64,000 nt of DNA from the NCBI GenBank assembly GCA_964019425.1, contig OZ025788.1:1426001-1490000 (forward strand). Reading direction: 5' to 3'. Under the pieces are notes generated by a model, which was given only the letters and a program-made list of their open reading frames with translations, had not been told where the DNA came from and did not search any database. Each line of letters opens with the position of its first letter. Within the stretch, counting starts at the first letter, position 1. The stretch comes from Flectonema sp. DT1601. Taxonomy: Eukaryota. This document shows, piece by piece, positions 1-11,282 of the stretch. Made by a program: the position numbers and the translations under genes.

Positions 1-1832
1 GAGCCTGCAAACTTGTGTTTGGAAAGATCGAAGATGATCGAAAGGGAGACTATGACGTGAAGTGTACTTTTATTCAAATCTACCAAGAGATTATTCAAGA
101 TTTATTAGATGATAAACGAACAGGTGTTGATGAAAAGAATAAGGGAATAGCAATTAGAGACGACCCAGATGTTGAAGGAGGAGTGTACCTTCACCCAATT
201 ATTCAGCCAACTATTTACAAGGCTGGGGACGATCCAGAGGCTGGAGCGACAGAAGCGTTGCGTTTATTCCACAAGGGTGACAACAACCGTACTGTTGGAT
301 GCACAGATATGAACGCTGTTAGCAGTCGTTCTCACACTATCTTTACTCTCAACATCACTCGTCGTAATAAAATGACTGATGAAGATTATGAAAACCCCGA
401 CAAGGTTGACAAACAAGAGACTAAAGGTCGTCTTATTTTAGTCGATTTAGCAGGTTGTGAACGTCAAAAGAAGACTGCTGCTACTGGTCAACGTCTTAAC
501 GAAGCAAACGCCATCAACAACTCTCTCTTGGTACTTGGAAGATGTATTAAAGCTCTTACAGACCCTAACCAGCACGTTCCATATCGGTATGTATTATATA
601 AGAAAGATTATTTGTTTTGATTAGTGTCATGTGACTGTCACTCTTATAAAATAAATCAATCCAGTGAGTCAAAGCTTACTCGTCTTCTTCAGTATTCATT
701 AGCTGGTCATGGTAAGACTTCTATTGTTGTTACTTGTGGTCCAAGGTATGATATTTATATATTTTAATAAACCAATTAATTGTTTTATTTCTATTATATT
801 AAACTAATCAACCAACACAGTGAGGTCAATCTCGATGAGACGAGAAGTGCTATCGAATTTGGACAGCGTGCTATGACTATTAAACAACACGCTAAGCTTC
901 ACGTAGAGATTGATTACAAGGCTCTTTGTAAGAAGCTTCAAGATCAACTAGACTCCAGAGGAGATGTTGCAAATCAGGATTTGATTGATGAAATCAAGTC
1001 CGACTACGAAGCACAAATACAGAACAGAGATGTTCGCATTAGAGTTCTTGAAATGGAAGTCGAAGAATTAAGAGGCGGGGCAAGCCCTAGAGATGGATCA
1101 CCACCACCAAAGAGTAGTGGAAGTGGTAGTGGCAGTGGTGGAGACAGAAGGTCAAAGAAAGAGGGAAAAGAATCTAAAGAAAGCAGGTCTCGTCGTTCTG
1201 ACAAGGAACGCGACAGCAGCGACAGAGACCGCGAAGAGTCAGACAGTGGTAGTCGACACAGAGATCCTGGTGAGTCTTCTTCAAGAAGTGACAGAGATAA
1301 AGACCGCTCATCAAAGTCTAAGTACAAAGCTATTGTAAAGGAATTAGAGGAAAAGTTAGACTCCTCTGGTATGCAAATTGCAAAGTTGAGGAAAGAAAAA
1401 GTCGGGCTATCCCGCAGTTCAAACGACCTCGAAGCAAAACTTCAGCAAAAGACGATTCAAATTAACCTCCTGGCAGCTAGATACCAAACTATGCTCAGAG
1501 AGAAGGAAGACAAGGTAGAGACAATGCAGGCAGCTATATTAAAGTTACAGAAAGGTGATTACATCTCTCCTACAGCTGACTTGGAAGTTGACGACTCTGA
1601 CGCATCTCCACGGCCTCAAGGAATGGCTGACAATGACTACATTCAGAGACTGGAATTAGTTGTCAGAAAGCTCCGTGAGAAGCAGAGTCAGCTCACAGCC
1701 TACCACCAAAAGTCGAAGGACGCTATTCAGTATTTACAATACCAGTGGGAAGAAGAACAAGAAAAGTGGCAAACTGAACGCGAACGACGAAAGAAGACTG
1801 AGGCCAAGCTCGATAGATACCGCTCTAAGTAG
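1..1832 (+). CDS. Kinesin motor protein, 5'-partial; exons <1-586, 665-745, 821-1832; coiled-coil and S/R/D/K-rich tail
   Basis: Switch I NAVSSRSH and switch II DLAGCE. Removing GT-AG introns 587-664 and 746-820 restores [49 protein letters not shown]. Confidence 0.93.
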
Positions 1833-3125
1833 GTTCCCCAAATCATTTTTCAAGTCTTTTGCCATGCTTTCCCTCCGACACGGTTTCAGGCCCAGTTCGA
1901 GCCCGCTTGCCAATTTATTGCCGGCGGTCTCGGGCTAACACTTAGTGGGTTTCTCATACTTTGTTCCACACTTTGTAACAGCCTGAATGGCGGTACATGT
2001 TCAGTCACTTTTTGCACACTTATTTAATTTTTATTATATCAGATCGTTGGGTCTCAGTTACTTCTATCGGTCTACTGCGTTGCTACTGACTCACTCTTTT
2101 TGAATGCCAGTTGGCGCACAATTCTCTTTTCGCAGTACAGCCAATCCATGGTTACAAGGCTGCTCCAAAAGCAGCAATAATTCTTTTCAATGCGTATCGC
2201 CACTCAGCTTGACTGCTCTATTGAGTGACTTTGTCATTCCTGCGTTATTAACTTGATTCCCTGGCCTCTTTTTCATCGACCAATAGAGGGTTTTTTTTTT
2301 TCTTTCAATTTTTTTTTTTAATAACTTCTCCGACTTTCTTTTTCTGGAAAGATAGTTTCCGTTTGTTGGTTAACTTGTTCTTAGAAGGGGTCTGTACTGA
2401 CATCGCCACAAAAAAAAAGAAAAAAGAATTGTCTGAACATAAATCCGCGAGAATTTCTTAGTTTTGGCGCTTCAATTGACAAGCCCCCTACGAATTCTCA
2501 GACTTGACTCTGCAAGTAACTTATTCTTCCGATTTCTCAAACCCGCAACTTTACCGATACGTACTGTATTGTCACACATGTCTTGTTAATCTATCCTGCG
2601 ACATCTTTCCTTTTCTGTTTGTGGGTTGAACAGCATTGGCATTACCTGTGGCTGAGTCATACAACGGTTTGGTGCACTCCTCACTTCTCTCGACAGATGT
2701 GTGTTATCGAGCGAAGCTTGAATAGTTGGTATTTTATGTTTTTTATTTTATTTTTTTTTATGACAACTTGTATTACCATTATAAATTTTGAAGAAACGAG
2801 AGAGCAAATGAAGGAAAAAATAAGAATAGTGTACAAAAAAAAAGAGGTATTGCAAATAGACACTTTTATGTTTTTTTTTTCTCGTTTTTTTTTTCCCGTA
2901 TTTTTTTTTTTTTTTTTCACCCATTTAAGCTGACGAGATGTTTGACTGCGCGTGCCGACTATCATGAGGGTTTACGGCAACGTACTTCTGACAAGTAGTT
3001 GAATGAATCAGTCTTTCTGTCTTCGATAATACAAGATAAAATATTTTTCTATTTTTCTTTTTTTGTATTTGGTTTCTAGCTGCCAACAGGTGAGACACCT
3101 TACTATTTCTGTTTTTTTCCTTTTT

Positions 3126-3156
<31 letters not shown>

Positions 3157-3872
3157 GGTTCACTTTTTTTTTTTCCCCCTCTGAAATGTGGATTCTATAA
3201 GAAGGTGTGATTTTTTCACCTTAAACGTCACAATTATTTATGAAATGATTTGTGCTCAGAGGCTGGGATCAAAAAGAAGAAGAAGAAAAAAAAAAAAAAA
3301 AAAAAAACTAGAAACAAAGAAACAAGAAATTTAAAAAAAAAAAAGAAAAGGAATATAACCTTCACCAGCGAGAGGTCTGATAAGTAGTCTGGTCGGACTT
3401 CTCTGCAAATTAAGGAAAAAAAAGAGGAGCGAGCGAGTTGCACTTAAATCCACGCACAATGTACTATTCGTACGTGTTAAACCATCACTTTCTGACTACG
3501 CACTGCAGCAAGCGGCGTCTGAGTTGCCTTGTTTGGAACAAGGACAAGGACAATGTCTAAGAGTGCAGAAAGAAGAAATAACCCCAACACCCAAACTTAT
3601 TTTTTTATTTTTTTGCTCTTTTTTTATTATTGAGATCCCCTCCCTGATGCCCCATAACATCTGAGATTCTATTACAGTGTCACGACCCACCGACATCTAT
3701 TCAGAACATGAATTGTGGTTCTTTTTGTTTATTGTTATGTTTGTAGTCACAGCTTTACTACACAACATGTCTGGACGGTAATCTGATTGAGGCACTTTGT
3801 TCAGAAAAGTATTGTCTGAGTTAGTATTTCATAACAATTATCTAACAGGGGGAGGGGGGCTTAACAACTGAA

Positions 3873-6734
3873 ATGGCGGAGCGTCCAATGTGCCGCTGCA
3901 TTCTGGTCGGAACTGATTGGCCAGCTGCAGAAGAGGTTACAAAAAACTTATTAGTGAGAATGGATAAAAGTAAACCTATGAGTACCTATGTAAAACAGAT
4001 TTGCACAAAGCTTGGTGTCGACTCAATGGACGGGCTAACTGTGTATCCGTCAAAGGTGGCGTCACTGGTACCAGTTGGAGACCCTCTTGACATGGGAGAT
4101 CCAGTACCTTGTCCACCAACATCACAAGCGTGTGCTGTTTACATTCAAAAGGGTGACGCACCATTACCCTCAGCACCAGCCAAGAAGCCTGCTAAAAAAG
4201 GTTCCAAGCCGGGAGCGAAACCAGCGTCTCCCAAGGCCGCCTCCAAGGCATCTCCAAAGAAGTCAGCTCCTGCAGCTCCTGGAGAAAAGAAAGCACCTGC
4301 AAAACCTGGTGGTAAAGCATCACCTAAGGCATCACCAAAATCGTCCCCGAAAAAGAGTAGTCCAAAAAGTAGTAAGCCTGCTGCTAAGAAATCTCCGTCG
4401 CCGCCTCCTAACCCAACGGGTGCTAAAGAAAAAAAGAAAAAGCCAAGCGACAAGAAAGCGGCTGATTCAGGCCCACCACCTATTCCGGTTGCACCTCCTC
4501 CAGCTTATCCGGGAGAGTCTTTGGGGTTACCGCAATCCCCGTTAGTTGCTCCAACTGCATACAGACATTCCTACCAGCCGTTCGAATCAAATCCACTTCG
4601 TGAGGAGAATCGAAAAAAGCTACTCGAGTTCTACATGAAACATAGTCCTTCTCATATATCAAAGATCGACAGCATTCTAGAAGCATACCAAGGAGATGAG
4701 GACAAAATGTGGCTGAAATTAAAAGAAACCTACGAGGGTCCACTAGCAGCGTCAAGATTGTCCGTCGCGTCAGCCGTCCCGCTCCCTCAGCAGCAAACAT
4801 TTTCAACACCGCAGCCAACAGTGACTCTGGCAGCTATTGGAAAGGAACAGGAATTGAAGATGAAACTCGAAGATGAAAAGATGCACTCTGAGATGAAGAA
4901 TCGCGTTGACTCAACTCTACGGGAATTGCAGGAAATGAGACGGCGAGAAGCTTTGGAAAGGGAGGAACGCGAATCCCGAGACAAACGAGAACGAGACGAA
5001 CGAGACATAGCAATGAAGAGAGACATGGAGAGAGCCAGTAATGACAGAAGGAGTATTGAGAATCTGATTAGGGAAAGGCAACACACGCAATCCATGAGAG
5101 AAGACGAGATAGAAAGACGGGACCGCGAGCTCCGCAAACGACAAGATGATCTTGCTCACGAGAGACAGGAAATGAAACGCCGCGAACTGGATCATCAGCA
5201 ATTCGTAGCAAACGAAGAGCGTGAGATGCGCGCAAGGGCAGAACGGATCCTGTCCCAAACTACAATCGGGTCAGCAGCACCATCTGTCAACGGTGGACAG
5301 TTGCTAAGCAAAACACCTCAAATATTATCTCAGTTAGAAGATGAGAACACTGAACTCCGTACGGAGTTGCAGAAGATTCAGCGCTCTATGGAACAGCAAT
5401 CCATCCCACTGCCGAGGAGTGCTGCTAAGTCACCACCGCCTGCTGAGCTGCAGACCCCAGGCTCTCCTGAGTCTCCGAAACGTTCTCAAATATCACCAAA
5501 GAAAGAGAAGAAATACTCAGCTGAATTCGAACCTGTGGCAGAACAGTTAGAAAGGGCTGGACTACATAAATACGTTCCGGTCCTTGCGTCTCATGATTTT
5601 GATACCTCCGCTTTTCGATTAGTTACCGACAGCGATCTTAAAGAGCTCGGGATTAGTGCTGTCGGTGCTAGGAAACGAATTGTTGCTGAGGCTGAGAAGT
5701 TACGATTGGCAGCATCAGTTGCGTCACCCAGAAATCTACCAACCTTTGATGAACAATACAGCTTAATGAATAGAGGTTCAGGTATTGACACACCTGGTTA
5801 TGCTGAATCTCAAATGGTAAACAGTAAAGTTGATAGAGTTGAGACTATGGTTTCTAATTTACGAAACAAAGTTGATGTCCTGGTTAATAAATCAATCCAA
5901 CCACAAAGCCCTCCTCCAATACCTGTCATGACGAGACAACCGATTACTAATTCAAGACAGAAATCACCTGTTGCGAAACCGTCTTCATCACCGCAGATAT
6001 TTCATTCAAACACTTCGCTGTTGACTTCGAGTCAGACGCTGCAATGGCACCAGTCGGTTCTGAAAGAGTTCTACCAAACAAATGATGTGATAAAAGTACC
6101 ACAAGTTGATCAAATACTTACTGAGTACCACACTAACCTCAATGTACTCTATGAGACGCTAGTTAATATCTACAACATTGAAGCTTCCCAATACGCTGAT
6201 GACGTACGCAAAACCTGTTTAATATATTTCCCAGGAAGGGAACCAGCTGCAGAAATCGTATGTAGAATTTGTAAAGGTAGAGAAGCAGAACTAGTTGAGC
6301 AGTTGATACTCGAAGGAAGAGGTGAAATGACAGGTAGCATGACTGAGCATTATGCTTCAATCTCAAGATGGGCGGAGTTGGAGCATCCTGAAGAGAGAAG
6401 AATTTATTATTATAACGACTTGGCAAAGCTGAGTCAGTGGGCCAAACCAGCCGCTCTTCGAACAAAAGATAAAATTACTGAGGAAGTGATTTCCACTGCG
6501 GTTCCGTCTACCTTAAATAAGATTCCTTTTAGCTCTGTGGGTGCTTCATCACCTCCAAACCCGACGGTCACAGAATGGCAGACTCGTGTAACACATTACA
6601 GAGCTTGGCTGTGTGCATTTCTAGTTAAGCACGACCCGAAGAGACTTGAAGAAGTGGATTCTATTATTGCGCGCTACAAGGGACACGAGGATAATATTCC
6701 TTCAGCTTTTCAGGTAATGTACGGAACACAGTGA
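3873..6734 (+). CDS. 953-aa scaffold: Pro/Lys/Ser-rich region, coiled coil, SAM domain (~5535-5705), WW domain (~6365-6450), three copies of a small helical repeat
   Basis: SAM-like LERAGLHKYVPVLASHDFD...SDLKELGISAVGARKRI; WW-like RWAELEHPEERRIYYYNDLAKLSQWAKP; acceptor-like TCTAACAG ending at 3848. Confidence 0.85.
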   Translation: MAERPMCRCILVGTDWPAAEEVTKNLLVRMDKSKPMSTYVKQICTKLGVDSMDGLTVYPSKVASLVPVGDPLDMGDPVPCPPTSQACAVYIQKGDAPLPSAPAKKPAKKGSKPGAKPASPKAASKASPKKSAPAAPGEKKAPAKPGGKASPKASPKSSPKKSSPKSSKPAAKKSPSPPPNPTGAKEKKKKPSDKKAADSGPPPIPVAPPPAYPGESLGLPQSPLVAPTAYRHSYQPFESNPLREENRKKLLEFYMKHSPSHISKIDSILEAYQGDEDKMWLKLKETYEGPLAASRLSVASAVPLPQQQTFSTPQPTVTLAAIGKEQELKMKLEDEKMHSEMKNRVDSTLRELQEMRRREALEREERESRDKRERDERDIAMKRDMERASNDRRSIENLIRERQHTQSMREDEIERRDRELRKRQDDLAHERQEMKRRELDHQQFVANEEREMRARAERILSQTTIGSAAPSVNGGQLLSKTPQILSQLEDENTELRTELQKIQRSMEQQSIPLPRSAAKSPPPAELQTPGSPESPKRSQISPKKEKKYSAEFEPVAEQLERAGLHKYVPVLASHDFDTSAFRLVTDSDLKELGISAVGARKRIVAEAEKLRLAASVASPRNLPTFDEQYSLMNRGSGIDTPGYAESQMVNSKVDRVETMVSNLRNKVDVLVNKSIQPQSPPPIPVMTRQPITNSRQKSPVAKPSSSPQIFHSNTSLLTSSQTLQWHQSVLKEFYQTNDVIKVPQVDQILTEYHTNLNVLYETLVNIYNIEASQYADDVRKTCLIYFPGREPAAEIVCRICKGREAELVEQLILEGRGEMTGSMTEHYASISRWAELEHPEERRIYYYNDLAKLSQWAKPAALRTKDKITEEVISTAVPSTLNKIPFSSVGASSPPNPTVTEWQTRVTHYRAWLCAFLVKHDPKRLEEVDSIIARYKGHEDNIPSAFQVMYGTQ

Positions 6735-7052
6735 GTCAAACTGGAAAAAAGTTTTTATTAAAAAAATAAATTAAAAAAAATAGTAGTTGTTTTCTTTGTA
6801 CTAATACTCCCCCCTCATCCCTGCCTTGCAATTTCTTTCTTCTTTTTGTTGTTTGTTATTATAATGTACCTCTGTGTGAAAGTCGAATTCCTTTTGAAGT
6901 TTACTTCTATTGTAGTTTTTATTTGAATCGAAGAACCTTTCAATGTTTTTATTAAATTTTATTTTATTACAGCAGTCAGTGTGTACACAACCACTAGGTT
7001 TTCTTCCAACCTATAAATTCACTGGTATTATTTAAAACAGGAGAGCTATCCA

Positions 7053-7673
7053 ATGACACAGTTAGAACCACTACCATCCATAGCAGGTCATGTTATAACC
7101 AGGAGAATCGTACGTACGGCACCTAAACAGAAGAAATTGAGAAAAAGAAAACCAATCACTTCTACTGTGGCTGTGATTAGTGAAATGGAATCAAAAATGA
7201 TAAATGTCGAGGAACTAAAACTTCAAATTAACGAACAGGAAGAAGTTGTAAGACAGATGAATATCGCGAAGGAAGTTCGTTATAAAATGACTGCAGACAT
7301 ACTATCTCAATTATCAGAACTTAGATCACGAGAAACCGAAATATCGAAGAGTCTTGGTCAAGGTGATGATTGTAATTTATCTGATGGCTATTTAAGTGAT
7401 TTCGAGTCTGAGCTATCTGTTTCATCATTCTCTAATGAGGGTCTCTATCAAATCGTCTGTTCAACTTTTAATATAAAATCATTTTCAGAACTAGTCAGTC
7501 GATTGTTTAAAACTAATTACAAAGTAGTAGTCACAGCAAGAGGACTGTACTGTAATACTCTAGCTGTAGTTGTTTTGGATTTAAAAAATAAATTTAATGT
7601 TTCAAATCAACATACGGCATATGTTGATAACGAGCCTCAGTTAGCAGTTACGTTTGAAACTCGCAATGAATAG
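7053..7673 (+). CDS. Hypothetical protein, 206 aa, with short coiled coil
   Basis: ATG-initiated ORF preceded by TTTAAAACAG acceptor-like site; same strand as neighbours. Confidence 0.65.
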   Translation: MTQLEPLPSIAGHVITRRIVRTAPKQKKLRKRKPITSTVAVISEMESKMINVEELKLQINEQEEVVRQMNIAKEVRYKMTADILSQLSELRSRETEISKSLGQGDDCNLSDGYLSDFESELSVSSFSNEGLYQIVCSTFNIKSFSELVSRLFKTNYKVVVTARGLYCNTLAVVVLDLKNKFNVSNQHTAYVDNEPQLAVTFETRNE

Positions 7674-7890
7674 CCATTTTGAGTAGTTTTTTTTATTTAT
7701 AATCTGGAAAAGAGATAACTCATTGACGTTGCTAACCTGATAATAATAATAATAATAGAAAGTTATATTTTAGAGAGTTCAGATATTATTACCGTATTGA
7801 GACAAAGAATTATTTAATGTTTCCACAACTCCTGTTAATGTTGTCAGGTCAGTTCTTACATTACAATTCAACAACAGGTACATTATTAAT

Positions 7891-10593
7891 ATGACTATTT
7901 ATAATCTGGTATTCAAACAACAAGATAATGGAGGGAGTCTGTGTACCGCTACTGTGTTGTCAGAAGGCAAGCTGATGTATTCTATTTTTGTTTATTTGGA
8001 TAAGAATTCAACGATTGGGACTGTGAGAGATGAGCTAAAGAAGAAAGCAAACCACATGAGTAGGGAAGACGTAGAGATCAGATATAATAACTTCTCTTTA
8101 GACGATGACATGCAATTAGTATCTGCTGTGGAATACGAACCAACTAAAAGAGATGCAGGACGTGGTCGGCGTCTTGTTGAATGGTCTCAAATTGGATCGC
8201 CTGGCTCTCCAAGTGTAGAAAGTGGTCCTCGAGGTCACTTGAGTCAAAATTATTTCAGTCCTAGGAATCGACGTCCTGATATGCCTCCGGGACATGGTTC
8301 ATCTTGGTTTGAGAGTCCTCCTGATGATCAGATTATTAATTTGTGCGGCAGTCCTTTTTCTAATTCTGATGGATCTGCGAATAGTACTCCTCTTCGTATG
8401 AATCCTTCTAAAGGTGATCGTTATAATAATATCCCGCGAGGTCTTGAAACTCGAAGAGGCAGTTACGTACGTGATCGTCCCGGCGGAAGTCTTACGCCAC
8501 CTGCAGTGATGCCAGCAGTTACTACGCCACCAAAACGTAAGCCAACAAGAAAGAACAATACCTCACCTCTTGACGTAATAGAAGTAGGGAATTATACACA
8601 GCAACCAAGGAGGAGGAATAGTTCACCTAATCCGGCACACATGACAGCAACGATACCTCATGATGCATCAGAAGTAGGGAATTATACACAGCCAATGAGG
8701 AATAATAGTTCGCCTCATCCCGCACACATGAAAGCAACATCACCTCATAACGCACCAGAAGTAGGGAACTATACACAACAGCCAAGGAGGAGGAAAAGCC
8801 CGCCTATTCCGGTACGTGAGACAGCGGCGTCACCTCATAACGCACCAGAAGTAGGGAATTATACACAGCCAAGGAGGAAGAACAGTTCGCCTCATCCAGC
8901 ATACATGACAACGACGTCACCTCGTGATGTACCACAGCAACCAAGGAGGAGGAATAGTTCACCTAATCCCGCACACATGACATCAACGATACCTCATGAT
9001 GCATCAGAAGTAGGGAATTATACACAGCCAAGGAGGAAGAACAGTTCGCCTCATCCAGCATACATGACAACGACGTCACCTCGTGATGTACCACAGCAAC
9101 CAAGGAGGAGGAATAGTTCACCTAATCCCGCACACATGACATCAACGATACCTCATGATGCATCAGAAGTAGGGAATTATACACAGCCAATGAGGAATAA
9201 TAGTTCGCCTCATCCCGCACACATGAAAGCGACATCACCTCATAACGCACCAGAAGTAGGGAACTATACACAACAACCAAGGAGGAGGAAAAGCCCGCCT
9301 ATTCCGGTACGTGAGACAGCAACATCACCTCATAACGTACCAGAAGTAGGGATTTATTCGCCACCTGTTCTTTCGTTATATGAGGCTCCGACTGGAGGGG
9401 GATATGATAATGGTCCAAATATTGTTAGTGAACAATCGCAACTTAATATATCAACTGATTCGCTATCTGATTCACGACTTGTTCATATTGGTAGAATGGT
9501 AGACAATTATGGTCCTCTAGTACGAACCTCACGTGTTCTTTCACCACCTATTGCTGATGATCAATACACAAACTGCTCTGACAGGGTTTCTTTACCCGAC
9601 GATTCTGATCCTGGGACCGCACTCGTATCACCCTCCGAGAAAAACCCTCTGGGCAACGACAGTCACAGCACTGAGTCCGCCGAGCCTGAGGTTGCTCCAA
9701 AACCCAAATCATTATTATGGCGGTTTCTGGTTATGTTTGGATTACCAGCAATAATCGGAGGAGTTTGTTGTTGTATTGGACTCGCTTTCCTAATTGTTGG
9801 AATAATATTAGTAGCTGGAGACACTCTGTCAAGTGGAGAGTGTAACTCATCACATCATTCTTGGATGTTCACGTGTGCGTTTAATGACGGGAGTGGATCC
9901 TTCCCAGTCGGTTGGTATTCAAAACCTACATTACTCGTCAACTGGGGTGAGTCTGGTAGACTTGGAGTGTTTGATCCTCCGAAGACTTTACAACCGAATT
10001 CAAGTTGTGAATCTGGAATAGGTATTGGAGGGTACTATCCTTCTGTACCGAGTGATCAATGTGTTGAGTATTGTACTCATTGGTGTCGAGTTAAGGAACA
10101 ACAAGTATTGAAAGATGGTTCTGCAGCCACCGGCAGCATCTGCTGCGAAGCAACAACAGAACCGACTTGCACATGCACTGCTCACAAGCATCCGAGTGTT
10201 GTAGTTGTTGGTAACACGTCGAGCTATGCTGTTGAGTATAAGTTTACTCTGAGTGAGTCTAGCGATGTTATTGAAAAGGAAAACAGACATTGTTCTAATA
10301 TAAGTATGAATGGAATAGACACTGAAGACAATTGTTACATTCAATCCTTTAGAATGTTATCCTCTATGTTGAAACCATTTCCCTGTCACACTAATGAACA
10401 TGTTCCAGATAGTGGATTACGAGATGATATTTGTTACGAAGGATTAACTAATGACAATTCTAATCCAACTGTTGGAAGACCACTTCTACTTTGCGGGTTT
10501 ATAATTTCTGGTATTATTATTTTTATGTTTTCTTTCAGACATTCAGGCATCGAGATTACCAACTCCGAATCAACTCGTTTCTTAGGTGAATGA
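7891..10593 (+). CDS. Membrane protein: N-terminal ubiquitin-like domain, tandem Pro/Arg/Thr repeats, TM, Cys-rich loop, C-terminal TM (paralog A)
   Basis: 900-aa ORF; UBL-like NSTIGTVRDELKKK...IRYNNFSLDDD; hydrophobic segments AIIGGVCCCIGLAFLIVGIILVA and PLLLCGFIISGIIIFMF. Confidence 0.85.
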   Translation: MTIYNLVFKQQDNGGSLCTATVLSEGKLMYSIFVYLDKNSTIGTVRDELKKKANHMSREDVEIRYNNFSLDDDMQLVSAVEYEPTKRDAGRGRRLVEWSQIGSPGSPSVESGPRGHLSQNYFSPRNRRPDMPPGHGSSWFESPPDDQIINLCGSPFSNSDGSANSTPLRMNPSKGDRYNNIPRGLETRRGSYVRDRPGGSLTPPAVMPAVTTPPKRKPTRKNNTSPLDVIEVGNYTQQPRRRNSSPNPAHMTATIPHDASEVGNYTQPMRNNSSPHPAHMKATSPHNAPEVGNYTQQPRRRKSPPIPVRETAASPHNAPEVGNYTQPRRKNSSPHPAYMTTTSPRDVPQQPRRRNSSPNPAHMTSTIPHDASEVGNYTQPRRKNSSPHPAYMTTTSPRDVPQQPRRRNSSPNPAHMTSTIPHDASEVGNYTQPMRNNSSPHPAHMKATSPHNAPEVGNYTQQPRRRKSPPIPVRETATSPHNVPEVGIYSPPVLSLYEAPTGGGYDNGPNIVSEQSQLNISTDSLSDSRLVHIGRMVDNYGPLVRTSRVLSPPIADDQYTNCSDRVSLPDDSDPGTALVSPSEKNPLGNDSHSTESAEPEVAPKPKSLLWRFLVMFGLPAIIGGVCCCIGLAFLIVGIILVAGDTLSSGECNSSHHSWMFTCAFNDGSGSFPVGWYSKPTLLVNWGESGRLGVFDPPKTLQPNSSCESGIGIGGYYPSVPSDQCVEYCTHWCRVKEQQVLKDGSAATGSICCEATTEPTCTCTAHKHPSVVVVGNTSSYAVEYKFTLSESSDVIEKENRHCSNISMNGIDTEDNCYIQSFRMLSSMLKPFPCHTNEHVPDSGLRDDICYEGLTNDNSNPTVGRPLLLCGFIISGIIIFMFSFRHSGIEITNSESTRFLGE
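8563..9360 (+). repeat. In-frame coding tandem repeats (EVGNYTQPRRxNSSPxPAHMT...), including an exact 159-bp higher-order unit
   Basis: GAAGTAGGGAA(T/C)TATACACA recurs; a block repeats at 8848, 9007 and 9166 (period 159). Confidence 0.9.
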
Positions 10594-11282
10594 ATTTTCT
10601 CCTACCGTCAAATGTTTGCCGTGTATGGATTTCAAAAAGTAATTAAATAATTTCTTTTTATTATTATCGTGTTCGCGAAGCGTTTGATTTTTATCAATTC
10701 GGAGGAAACCCTTTCGCAAGAAATATATCAAACGAACTTTTTATTTGTTTAGTTTTTTTTTTTTTTTTTTTTTACTCGCAGTGTATTCTGCGATCTTAGT
10801 TATTTTGTACTTTCGACACGCGAATCGTTTGTTTTTATTGCAACACAGCACACGCGAACTACCTTTTCCTTACAGATTTATCTGGTACATAGTTTTCGTG
10901 TGCAGCTAAAAACATCGTTTTGACTATTTTAGTAATCCTCCTCCTCATCCCCGTAGAGATATACGGAAACAGTACATCGTTTTTGTTTACTAATGTGAGT
11001 CGAGTCCTTTGTTGATCCCTTACGTCGTTAGATGTGATTCTCAAAGACATACAATCAGATTGACAAAAGGGTTTCTGAATAGGCTCTTCAACAATTAGCA
11101 GAGACAAACTGAATTATGGAAATGTTTTAACAACTATCAGTTTAATGAACTTATTCATGAAACTCGTAAAAAAGGATTAAAACTCCACAGCGATAACAAG
11201 TTCTAACTTGAATCCTACAACTCCTGTTAATGTTGTCAGGTCAGTTCTTACATTACAATTCAACAACAGGTACATTATTAAT

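Noticed and set aside
2583..3696. Short F/K-rich ORFs here and at 16.1-16.5, 22.2-23.8 and 36.4-43.7 kb
   Set aside because: Products of polyT/polyA tracts; no motifs.
4145..5791. Minus-strand ORFs within long genes
   Set aside because: Antisense shadows of low-complexity coding sequence.
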